Of a DNA stretch of 64,000 nt, positions 11,001 to 19,139 are shown in pieces. Origin of the DNA: an uncultured Bacilli bacterium (lineage in GTDB: Bacteria; Bacillota_I; Bacilli_A; RF39; UBA660); contig CAJTUT010000002.1 in the NCBI GenBank assembly GCA_910579455.1, positions 44,353 through 108,352 on the forward strand, written 5' to 3'. Numbering within the stretch: position 1 is the stretch's first letter; every line of letters starts with the position of its first letter. A program made the translations under genes and the position numbers. The notes under the pieces are model-generated. The model was not told the DNA's origin, made no database searches, and worked only from the letters and a program-made list of their open reading frames with translations.

Positions 11001-14000
11001 TTGTCCTGTTATGGTTCCTTGATATATATTAATTGTGGCACTAGCACTTGAACTTACAAAAATTCCTTCAGAACCAGAGATTTCTCCATTATAAATATCT
11101 AGAGTTCCTCCATTTACAGTTATACCATTATATTTACTGATTATAGAAGGAAGTTTAGACTTATCATTTGCATCACCTATATTTACACGACCATTAGAGG
11201 TAAGCGCTGTAGACACCGATTCATAGTTTCCCTCTATCACATTAAGTATACCACTATTATTGGATATACAATATCTCCCTTTATAGGTTCCATTTTTAAT
11301 CACTAAATTACCTTTACCATTAATACTGTAATTCTGTACATCTATATTGGCATTATCTATGATTATTGTTCCGGAAGTATAAATACCGTTTTTACCTGTA
11401 GTAATGTTCACATCGACAATTTCTACATTTGCATCTGGTGACATTTTTATTGCGTAACTACCTGTCGATTGAAAATAACCACCATCAAGAATGAACTTGT
11501 CTGAACTAGATATATAAAGGGCATCACCTGAAATGGAATTAATATGAGAATTATTATCAATAGTTAATTCACCAGCATTTATATTTAACCCGTAACCACC
11601 TGTTGCATTAACATTTGAACGAATAATATTTAAATAACCACTGCTGTCTATTGTGTTTGTGTTTGTTGTCTGGCTTATAGTAATACCATCTAAACTTAAT
11701 GTAGCAGTGCTTTTGTTAGTTATTGTTTTAGATATTTTTAAGATTCCCTTTATTACACTACTATCTATTAATTTTAGATTTCCTGAATTGGTTACATCAT
11801 ATCCTGTTTCTACAGTGTAACCTGATACATCTATAATTACCTCTTTATTTTGGGCTAAATCAAGTGGATATGCTGCTTCGAAATCCCTTATTGCATAGAT
11901 CGTTCTATTTTTCTCAAAATCAGTATTCATATCTGTTATAAAGTCAATTGCATCTTGTAAATTAAAATAATAATTTGTACTAATAATTTCGTTACTATCC
12001 TCACTACTATAATTTACTGTTTTAGCTACTGCTCTTGTCAAGATTGAAGATGTCTCTTCTAAATATATTTTTTGATAACCATTACTATAATCGTGATCTG
12101 TAAACACTTCATATCCTTCTGGTTTGTTGTATACATAACCATCAAGTCCTAATTCTGCAGTTATTAATCCATCATAGAAATTCATTATTCCTTGCTGTTC
12201 TATTCCCTTTGTTGTTCCTTCTATACATGGATTATCCTTTAATACATCCCCATCATTTTCTCCTAAGGTTAATATAGAATGATTTACTATTGCCGTATTA
12301 GTTGTGTTCTTAATAGTACCATTGTTAAGAATTGTTAATGTACCATTATTTATTATTGTACTATCATTAACTCCTGTTACGGTTTTTCCATTCAAATCAA
12401 GAGTTATATCTTTTACATTTTCTACACTTTCTATTGTGTCTTTCAACATCACAATGGTATCGCCACTTTCTTTAGCAGCAGCCAATGCCTCTTCTAAACT
12501 TTTATAATATACCTTTTCTATTCTAGCAACAGCATCACTAGAACCTATTTCTGGTTTTTTTATGGTAATCGTATACTCCTTAGTTGCTGTAGAATAATTA
12601 TTAGTTGCTAAACAGGTCACTCGTATAGTTATTACAGTCCCAATAGCTAAATTGGAAAGATTTGATATTGTTACAGTTTTATCATCTAAAGTAACTTCCG
12701 CGTCAGTTTCCGTAACCTCTACTACACTAGTTTCTCCTCCATGTGAATCTACTATCATAAAAGAGTCACTATCTTGACCTTGATCAATGATTCTTTCATT
12801 AGAACTTAAATCAATATATCCCTGTGCACGTATAATGTCATAGGCCTTTCTATTATTATCTAATGTATAATTTTCAATACGTCCTCTTCCTCCTATAACA
12901 CTAGCTATAGAGACTTCTGATACATAACTACCTACATCAACTGCTTTTGACTGAATTAATTCTAATGCTTCGTTTTCTATTCGATCATTTAAACTATATT
13001 CATAATCTGGAGCTTGTCTTTCCCCATTATAAGAAAATTCAGTTGCCTCATCCCATGTAATATTCACCCTTTTAGGAGTGATAGTATGTGCAACACAACT
13101 TGATTGAAGAGGAAGACTCCCTTCCTTTCCTTCTAATACTGCTTTTACTGAATAATTACCTGCATCAATTGGAACAGATGACAACTCATTGCTACAATTT
13201 GTATCACTATAATATTGATAAGAAAGCTGTGAAGAATCTACACCTTCTGATACTTTTGCGTCATTTGCTTCTATTTCTCTACCAGTATATTCTTCAATTT
13301 TAGAATTTAAAGAGATACTTTCTGATCTTTTAAAAATTGCATATAGAGTCATATTCCCTGTAACAGTAGGAGGTGAGGTGAAACCGCTGGAAGAATCTTT
13401 ATTAGTGTGCCATCCTAAAAAGTCATATCCACTTTTTTTTGCAACTTCATCTAAATCAACAATATCCCCATATCTTAAAGTTTTATCTGGGATATTGCAA
13501 CTACCACCTGTTGTAGTACAATCATACTTTATCACATATTTTTTTTCTTTTGCCCTTGCAATTAGTTCCTTATTTCCATGAATTGTATACTCATCATTAG
13601 GATTTCCAATAACTGTATCATGATCATACCATTGACCACTAGCATAATGATCCCTACTTATAATATCTGGTAATGTCTTCGTACAATTATGACCCTCAAC
13701 AGTATAACGATCTCCATCCATTATTTGGTAGTTATCACACTGATCACTAGTAGATCCTATACTTTTAACAGACTCATCATCATTGGTATAAGAAACTTCC
13801 CATTTTCCTTTATATACCGCATAATACACTTCATTCTTTGTTGTAATGGAAGACTCAATATGACGATAATCAAATGGTCTAGTAGATAATCCATAATAAG
13901 TTCTATCATCCCCACCTTGTGATAAAAGAACCTCTTCTGGTACAGAAACTTCTTCTTCATTAATATGATAAGTCGCACTATCTTCATTTATTAACACAGA

Positions 14001-16196
14001 GTTAACCTTATTTGTTGAAAAAATGAACCTTTGTCCGTCGTTATAATAATAAAACTTAGTATCAATATTACCAGTATATACCGCATAATACACCTGATTA
14101 TTAGTAATGTTGGTATATATATCTTCCGTTTCCATATTGTTTAACTTAGAAGAAATTCCCTTATATGGTAGTCCCCTTAAGCCAATACTATTTACCACCT
14201 CATCAGAAGCTCTATAAGTACCCTTATTTTGATTATAAATTGTTTTATTTTCTGTTATAGATTCTACATTCCCATTATTATTATAATAGACCTTAATACT
14301 AATATCTTTTGAAGTAATTGCATAATATGTAGAATTATCAGATATCATTTTTTTTGTATTAATATCCCAGCTACCACTAGTATCGTTTTCATTTTGACTA
14401 AATCCTAGGATTTTATATCCTTCTCTTTCTATAGAAGGAGAAGATATTTCACAACTGGTAGCTTCTCCCCAAATCTCACAACTTTTAGTAGTAGAATCTA
14501 ATTGACTACCATTAGCAGAAAAGGTAACAGTTACTTCCTTATATACATTTACTGTAATATCAATCATAGATGAAGTAGCTGTATCTGTGACTGTTATAGT
14601 CGTAGTTCCAACAGAAACCCCCTGAATCACTCCATTCTTATCTACTGTTGCAATACCAGAATTACTACTCGCATATGATAAAGTACCCGTATTGTTGCTA
14701 ATATCCGCTTTTTTGGATTGCCCAACCTTTAAATTAATCTCATCGTCAGAAGAAGAAATATCACCAATTTTTTTTACTTCTATTTTTTTACTTACTACAT
14801 TATGGTTGGTATCATATACCCATAAATAATAAGTACCACTACTAGGAACCACGAATTCTTTATCATATTGATTCGTTACCTCCTCCAATTTAGTATAATT
14901 AGAAGTAGTTGGCATTTTATTATGATTACTTAAATAATAACCACCTATATTTCCCTCTTTTGCCATGATATGAACTGGAATATAGTACTTGTTATCCTTT
15001 CTGGTAATTGTCTCAGTAGTAATTTCAATACTTCCCTTAGGAATGATATGAACAACTCTAACAACACTATTAGTATTTCCCTTACTATCAATAACAATAT
15101 ACTTAACTGTATAAACCCCTTCAACAAAAGAGTTTACAGTTCCAACGGTAATGATCTTATCTGTCAAGACACCATCTTCTATATCCTCAGCACTAGCACC
15201 TAAATCTTGATAGGTTTCACCCTTTTTCAATTCTAAATTTGATTCCCCTACTAAATCAATAGTAGGAATGTGGTCATCAGAAGTAGGATTAACACTAACA
15301 CTTACAACTGTACACCCAATATTTCCATTTTTATCACTAACTCTATAATAAATATAGTAAATTCCTAATTTAGAAGGGTCCACATTATCAACGGTCATAG
15401 TATTTACTCCATCATAATATTCATATGTCTTAGTAACATTAGAAATATCAATACTCTGACCTGAACTATCCTTAATTTCATATGGAACAGGATCCGTAAA
15501 AGAATCATTCAAAGAGATATGAATAGACGTATTTGGAATGTTAATTACAGGGGCAACAAGATCATTAGCAGCACCGTTACTTTGTACAGCACTCACAACA
15601 ATTCTAGCGGCGTATGTTTTTCCTTGAACACTATTGTCAGCGTCCTCTCGTAGCCACATCTTAAGTTCATAATCTACCTCATCTTTTCCAGATTCTGCAC
15701 TTAAACTACCGCTGTTTAAAAGTAAACCATCAGCAAGAGATCTTGGACTTGTCCAACTCCCATCACTTAATTTAATACTATAATTAATATATTTTCTATC
15801 TAAAGTATTAGAAGATGCTGGAGTTTCTTCTAAACTAACATGATATTTAGCATCAATAGTTCCTGTATTTTTTATGGTAAAATGATAACCATCTGTACTC
15901 ATTCCTTCACTATCACTCATAGGTGCTAAGTTAGTCAAATGAATTTCATTTCCCTCCTCAAACTCAACCTTAAACGTTCCAGCCACAACTTCATGCTCAC
16001 TAGTATTATCAATTAAAACTTTAAATAATCCGTAGCTAGTGCCAATGACAGAAATTAATAAAAACATTACTAAAATAGCAATCTTTTTATATTCCCTTTT
16101 ATTCTTCCTTTTTAAATTATCATTATTGATTTCCACAGTTCTAAAACGATCACCAATTCTACCTTTATGAAAACTTTTTTTATTTTTGTTACTCAT
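8022..16196 (-). CDS. giant (2724 aa) secreted/surface multi-domain protein: N-terminal TasA/camelysin-like domain, 2x DUF5011 Ig-like, Big_2, Flg_new (Listeria-Bacteroides) repeats, >=4 parallel beta-helix modules
   Basis: One uninterrupted ORF. N-terminus: basic tail, TM, then IGTSYGLFKV...EVVAGTFKVEF..LTNLAPMSDSEG..FTIKNTGTIDAKY (TasA/CalY-like). Two DUF5011-like domains (DHIPTIDLVGESNLELKKGETYQDLGASAEDIEDGVLTD). Big_2 (TLSYASSNSGIATVDKNGVIQGVSVGTTTITV). Flg_new repeats (TVTFSANGSQLDS...EGYKILGF; KYVIKYDC...SGYDFLGWH). Recurrent beta-helix entry motifs (SLEEALAAAKESGDTIVMLKD...ITLDLNGKTV; GDTLTIIKDSK...ITLDLNGHHL) and Gly-rich G..I.N.G.L.I rungs. No C-terminal LPXTG. Confidence 0.8.
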   Translation of the reverse strand: MSNKNKKSFHKGRIGDRFRTVEINNDNLKRKNKREYKKIAILVMFLLISVIGTSYGLFKVLIDNTSEHEVVAGTFKVEFEEGNEIHLTNLAPMSDSEGMSTDGYHFTIKNTGTIDAKYHVSLEETPASSNTLDRKYINYSIKLSDGSWTSPRSLADGLLLNSGSLSAESGKDEVDYELKMWLREDADNSVQGKTYAARIVVSAVQSNGAANDLVAPVINIPNTSIHISLNDSFTDPVPYEIKDSSGQSIDISNVTKTYEYYDGVNTMTVDNVDPSKLGIYYIYYRVSDKNGNIGCTVVSVSVNPTSDDHIPTIDLVGESNLELKKGETYQDLGASAEDIEDGVLTDKIITVGTVNSFVEGVYTVKYIVIDSKGNTNSVVRVVHIIPKGSIEITTETITRKDNKYYIPVHIMAKEGNIGGYYLSNHNKMPTTSNYTKLEEVTNQYDKEFVVPSSGTYYLWVYDTNHNVVSKKIEVKKIGDISSSDDEINLKVGQSKKADISNNTGTLSYASSNSGIATVDKNGVIQGVSVGTTTITVTDTATSSMIDITVNVYKEVTVTFSANGSQLDSTTKSCEIWGEATSCEISSPSIEREGYKILGFSQNENDTSGSWDINTKKMISDNSTYYAITSKDISIKVYYNNNGNVESITENKTIYNQNKGTYRASDEVVNSIGLRGLPYKGISSKLNNMETEDIYTNITNNQVYYAVYTGNIDTKFYYYNDGQRFIFSTNKVNSVLINEDSATYHINEEEVSVPEEVLLSQGGDDRTYYGLSTRPFDYRHIESSITTKNEVYYAVYKGKWEVSYTNDDESVKSIGSTSDQCDNYQIMDGDRYTVEGHNCTKTLPDIISRDHYASGQWYDHDTVIGNPNDEYTIHGNKELIARAKEKKYVIKYDCTTTGGSCNIPDKTLRYGDIVDLDEVAKKSGYDFLGWHTNKDSSSGFTSPPTVTGNMTLYAIFKRSESISLNSKIEEYTGREIEANDAKVSEGVDSSQLSYQYYSDTNCSNELSSVPIDAGNYSVKAVLEGKEGSLPLQSSCVAHTITPKRVNITWDEATEFSYNGERQAPDYEYSLNDRIENEALELIQSKAVDVGSYVSEVSIASVIGGRGRIENYTLDNNRKAYDIIRAQGYIDLSSNERIIDQGQDSDSFMIVDSHGGETSVVEVTETDAEVTLDDKTVTISNLSNLAIGTVITIRVTCLATNNYSTATKEYTITIKKPEIGSSDAVARIEKVYYKSLEEALAAAKESGDTIVMLKDTIESVENVKDITLDLNGKTVTGVNDSTIINNGTLTILNNGTIKNTTNTAIVNHSILTLGENDGDVLKDNPCIEGTTKGIEQQGIMNFYDGLITAELGLDGYVYNKPEGYEVFTDHDYSNGYQKIYLEETSSILTRAVAKTVNYSSEDSNEIISTNYYFNLQDAIDFITDMNTDFEKNRTIYAIRDFEAAYPLDLAQNKEVIIDVSGYTVETGYDVTNSGNLKLIDSSVIKGILKISKTITNKSTATLSLDGITISQTTNTNTIDSSGYLNIIRSNVNATGGYGLNINAGELTIDNNSHINSISGDALYISSSDKFILDGGYFQSTGSYAIKMSPDANVEIVDVNITTGKNGIYTSGTIIIDNANIDVQNYSINGKGNLVIKNGTYKGRYCISNNSGILNVIEGNYESVSTALTSNGRVNIGDANDKSKLPSIISKYNGITVNGGTLDIYNGEISGSEGIFVSSSASATINIYQGTITGQSGDGIIMNNGNLNVYGGKIVGKTYGIETKNNANLVLGNKDDEVSTKSPEVIGEQYGLYSGGNGTISFYDGILKGTTAGHAGVITTLLDGYGIETGEETVDGILYSTSYLGKMTNFLKVGDEEYNTFKKALDAIDTEGTIEVIESVSIAEEVLIPNGKEITIDLGGKQLVNSKMITNEGKLRILDSSVEATGSYTNTSVVSGEYAIKSTNDLTVNSGTIKTTERASVIYLSGKGKITGGTYSAANGARVLYIATDIDITGGSYSSYSKHDTTISIATGKTVNITGVEIDRGGVTASNNANVTIENSNIYRVNPSAHERANITIKSGSYGSISSYGNTVIGDPEDATKVPNISNRITVNGGTLDIYNGEISGSEGIFVSSSASATINIYQGTITGQSGDGIIMNNGNLNVYGGKIVGKTYGIETKNNANLVLGNKDDEVSTKSPEVIGEQYGLYNGGNGTISFYDGALSGQIAGYYGAISKIPNDYVIDDDTQIIDEVMYHRNTLKATEYFVQNGEMQYKSLKTAVLESQNGDTLTIIKDSKVFEEVNTAGKNITLDLNGHHLRLNQAIMNEGTLSIRDNADQGKLSISTNSIIISNKGNLVLEDILLENLTTNYYLITNFANASIEANGTSFKGYSGIHNYAGANLVANDITLDVISSGIYNYSNCKISNSTLNKSDKKTGGYLFYNQTSEDHEALLRNNTYRVSGYYFGYRDIVNNSGELTIQGGTMYSTIDNNNQNAILNLLNTNIIYSYRTSDSDPIIRHRKGQLNIEGGSISSDGDITQYVGIVLSSDASIKNVAITSNTTVNSADATAIVINDNSNINIENTDFNIENFTSNYGISTQAAANLTLKNTNIYLRENTNVFSGRNITSAGIYSSNSDSNIKLESGRIDVHGRMAYGIYIDSGTVIMGIKDGSGTNYANVSIENPLIQATATVTGIGVIKGNGIFKYYDGRIIGSTNAKPETTTEVEPGYEVRFYTDEETGYEYCILEFME
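9613..9943. repeat. 331-bp intragenic direct repeat, copy A (about 99.7% identical to 10795..11125)
   Basis: Direct comparison of the sequence: 9613-9943 and 10795-11125 (offset 1182 bp) differ at a single position. Both encode ...EQYGLY(S/N)GGNGTISFYDG / ITVNGGTLDIYNGEISGSEGIFVSSSASATINIYQGTITGQSGDGIIMNNGNLNVYGGKIVGKTYGIETKNNANLVLGNKDDEVSTKSPEVIG. Confidence 0.9.
10795..11125. repeat. 331-bp intragenic direct repeat, copy B
   Basis: See copy A. Flanking sequence diverges immediately (9944 g versus 11126 c). Confidence 0.9.
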
Positions 16197-16227
16197 AAGT
16201 TCACATCCTACTAATTTGTTCTATTTT

Positions 16228-16256
16228 CTATTAACATTTTACAATATTTTTTGCAA
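16228..16256 (-). promoter_or_regulatory. candidate sigma-A promoter for the giant gene (-35 TTGCAA at 16251-16256; 17-nt spacer; extended -10 TGtTAATAG at 16228-16236 on minus)
   Basis: Motif match read from the reverse complement; located about 30-60 nt upstream of the ATG at 16196 and just downstream of the terminator of the preceding gene. Confidence 0.3.
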
Positions 16257-16272
16257 ATAGGAAAGAAAAATT

Positions 16273-16307
16273 TCAAAAAAAGAAGTGATGACAAACTTAT
16301 CATCACT
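16273..16307 (-). terminator. rho-independent terminator (stem agtgatga/tcatcact, 8-nt loop, U-tract on minus strand)
   Basis: Inverted repeat 16284-16291 / 16300-16307 preceded on the plus strand by an A-rich run 16275-16283. It terminates the 113-aa gene and insulates the giant gene. Confidence 0.5.
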
Positions 16308-16374
16308 TTCTAACCTGTAATGGTACAAAACATTAAAAGAAATATCATTATCTCCTTTTCAGGAATGAATCATC

Positions 16375-16716
16375 TTATTTTCCTGGCTTAAAAGCATGTA
16401 CTATAACCTTAGTTTTATCCTTACTTAACTGTGAAGTATACTCATAAAAATCATTCATTCCTTCAGAAGTTCCCTGTTCTAAATATTGAAGACACTCATC
16501 CAAATGTTGGTCAATAAACTCTCTAATTTGCAAATTATCCACATTATCTTTATTCGGTTTAGAAATTTGAAATGCATTAGGAACAGATAATTTTGTTATA
16601 TCATACTTCTGATCTCCAACCCTAAAATAATAAACAACATTATCTTCTGATTTTTCTGGTGAAGTTTCCCCAGAAATCATCTGATATAAGTCAACTACCT
16701 CAATTGTATTATCCAT
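16375..16716 (-). CDS. hypothetical acidic small protein
   Basis: 113-aa ORF with good coding appearance and no recognisable motif. Confidence 0.45.
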   Translation of the reverse strand: MDNTIEVVDLYQMISGETSPEKSEDNVVYYFRVGDQKYDITKLSVPNAFQISKPNKDNVDNLQIREFIDQHLDECLQYLEQGTSEGMNDFYEYTSQLSKDKTKVIVHAFKPGK

Positions 16717-17087
16717 ATAACCCCTCCTTTTGACTACATATTATAACATAATATTCCATTATTTGCAAGATAAATAGAATAACTCAAGCTACAAACGAAA
16801 AGTTATGGAGTTCTAGTACAAACAAATGAGTGATTCGTTTTAAAGAAAAAATTGTCCCTTATCCTCCTCTTAATTCTAACTCTTCTTCATTATTCTATCT
16901 CTCATACTACACTAATATAACTAATAAGAGATAAATAATCATAATAAACTTTCTTCAGTTTTAATAGTTAAATATACATCTACTATATACAATAACAAGA
17001 AAATGGATAAACAATAATAAAACAAATCGATATGGAATTTATACTAGAAGATATTGCTCCATATTTTCTTTAGAATTTCTATCACGA

Positions 17088-19139
17088 CTATTTTTCTTTA
17101 ATAATATTCTTACTACAGAAATAAGTTATTAAGAAATAGCCTCCATAAATCATTATGATAAAGCAAGCTGTCATAATAATAGACGGTAATAATCCCTTTG
17201 TACCAAATGTTTCTAAAAAATAAGTACAAAACTTAATTCCAAAAATGGAATGAATTATAGCAAGGATCAATGGCATAAGAAAGAAAATTCCTATTTGTCT
17301 AAATAATGCCCTGTTAATTAGTTTTTCATCAGTACCTATTTTTCTTAACATCTTGAATCTCTCTTTGTTATCACTAGATTCTGATAATTCCTTTAAAGCA
17401 AGAATTGCAGCACTGGATATTAAGAAAATAATCCCTAGATATAGTCCGATAAAAGTAACCATTCCTCCAAGTCCCAAGCAGGCTTCTGCAATATCTAATC
17501 TAGTATTACTACTTGGAATAATATATTGATCATTATCTTGAACAAAGTGAAGTTTTTCCTCAAACTCCTGTTTTGCCTCTTTTGTCCTTGCCTTATAATT
17601 AGCCGTCAGTATACTACTAACACGATACTCTTCTTTTACTACGTGGTCAGGGACAACAAAGAATCCCATATTAGTATGATTACCAGACATTTGAAGAAAA
17701 CCATCTTGACATACTTTATATTTCGGACTCAAAACATGATCAAAAATGCGAATTGAAATACCCTGTTTTAGAGGAATATCCCGTATTTTTGACATAGATT
17801 CAAGATTGGCAACCACTATATATTCGTCATCATTCAAATGATAAGTCTTTTTACCAAAAAGCTTTGCAAGCTTATTATAATCGCTAATTCGAACAATATT
17901 TTCTCTCTGATCATAGTGCACAAATCTATGTTTTTCTTGTAATAGTTCAAAACTACTTCCAAGTGAATCTTTAAAAGTAAACTCAGAAGATTCATAAACA
18001 GTAACCGTTACAATATCTTTTAAATCGTCCTCTATATCAACACCACTCCGTTTTAAAGACTCCATAATTGTTAAATTAGAATTTTTCACCATTTGTTCTG
18101 TATAATAATCTGATATATCACTTGATTGTAAATTAATCACTCGATAAAGTTGAATATCCGCAGGAGCAAGTTCATTTAGATTTTTTGTCATAGAATTTTT
18201 TATTGATAAAGCACTGGATAAAACACACAAGGTTACAAATAGCATAATACAAATAATAGACATTGAAAATACAGTCGTATTTACTTTTGAACTAATCTGT
18301 CTTAAAGTAAAGCTATTTAACCCTTTATAATAAAGATTCTTCACTGCCATAACAATCTTTAGTAAAAGTCCTGATAAAGACCAAAAAATAAAGAAGGTTG
18401 AAAGGCATCCCAAGGCAATAGGAATATAAATTTCATTAGCATTGTGTATAGTATCGATACCAGCAGTTACCATGTAGTATGCGTATCCCAGAAAAATACT
18501 AGATATAATAAATATAATAACACAAAGCCATGGATTTTTAAATTTAACCCTTTCAGATTTTTTATTAAAATGTAATAAATCAATTAGCTTACATCTACCA
18601 ACACTAATGGCATTAAAGATGATAACGAATAAATACATAATACTAAAATACAAAAGACACTTCATACTAGCTTCTAGAGAAAAGATAAACTCAAATCTTT
18701 CTACATCCGCCTCAAACATACCTGCTACTAATATACTCATGAATTGGGATAAAATAAATCCTAACCCAAGCCCTACAATTAAAGAAATAATTCCAATTAT
18801 TAATGTCTCTAAAAACAGAATCAATGAAATTTTCCGTTTGCTCATACCAAGTGTTAAATAGATGCCAAATTCCTTATTTCTTCTTTTCATTAAAAATCTG
18901 GATGCATAGATAATCAGAAATCCCAAAATAAAAGAAACAAAGACACTAACTCCTGCCAACATATTAGTCATTAGTTTTATAATCTCCTTGGTTGATTTTG
19001 TAACATTCATCATAACAGTTTGAGAGTCTATCGCATTAAATACATAAAAAATAGCAACTCCCAATATCAGTGTAAAAAAATAAATCGCATAATCTTTTAT
19101 ACTTCTTATAATATTTTTAACAGAAAGTTTAAAGAGCAT
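17088..19139 (-). CDS. ABC transporter permease, FtsX-like, BceB-type (10 TM with a large extracellular domain between TM7 and TM8)
   Basis: 683 aa with four N-terminal TMs, a long hydrophilic domain (~aa 300-520), then further C-terminal TM clusters. It overlaps the upstream ATPase gene and follows an RR-HK pair, the classical BceRS-BceAB arrangement. Confidence 0.75.
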   Translation of the reverse strand: MLFKLSVKNIIRSIKDYAIYFFTLILGVAIFYVFNAIDSQTVMMNVTKSTKEIIKLMTNMLAGVSVFVSFILGFLIIYASRFLMKRRNKEFGIYLTLGMSKRKISLILFLETLIIGIISLIVGLGLGFILSQFMSILVAGMFEADVERFEFIFSLEASMKCLLYFSIMYLFVIIFNAISVGRCKLIDLLHFNKKSERVKFKNPWLCVIIFIISSIFLGYAYYMVTAGIDTIHNANEIYIPIALGCLSTFFIFWSLSGLLLKIVMAVKNLYYKGLNSFTLRQISSKVNTTVFSMSIICIMLFVTLCVLSSALSIKNSMTKNLNELAPADIQLYRVINLQSSDISDYYTEQMVKNSNLTIMESLKRSGVDIEDDLKDIVTVTVYESSEFTFKDSLGSSFELLQEKHRFVHYDQRENIVRISDYNKLAKLFGKKTYHLNDDEYIVVANLESMSKIRDIPLKQGISIRIFDHVLSPKYKVCQDGFLQMSGNHTNMGFFVVPDHVVKEEYRVSSILTANYKARTKEAKQEFEEKLHFVQDNDQYIIPSSNTRLDIAEACLGLGGMVTFIGLYLGIIFLISSAAILALKELSESSDNKERFKMLRKIGTDEKLINRALFRQIGIFFLMPLILAIIHSIFGIKFCTYFLETFGTKGLLPSIIMTACFIIMIYGGYFLITYFCSKNIIKEK

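Noticed and set aside
1665-15203. Numerous 60-120-aa plus-strand ORFs inside parC, parE and the giant gene (for example 1665..1850, 2148..2363, 4671..5030, 8475..8678, 10519..10800, 13088..13303)
   Set aside because: They lie antisense within long, well-supported minus-strand genes, have low-complexity or hydrophobic translations typical of shadow ORFs in AT-rich DNA, and lack RBSs.
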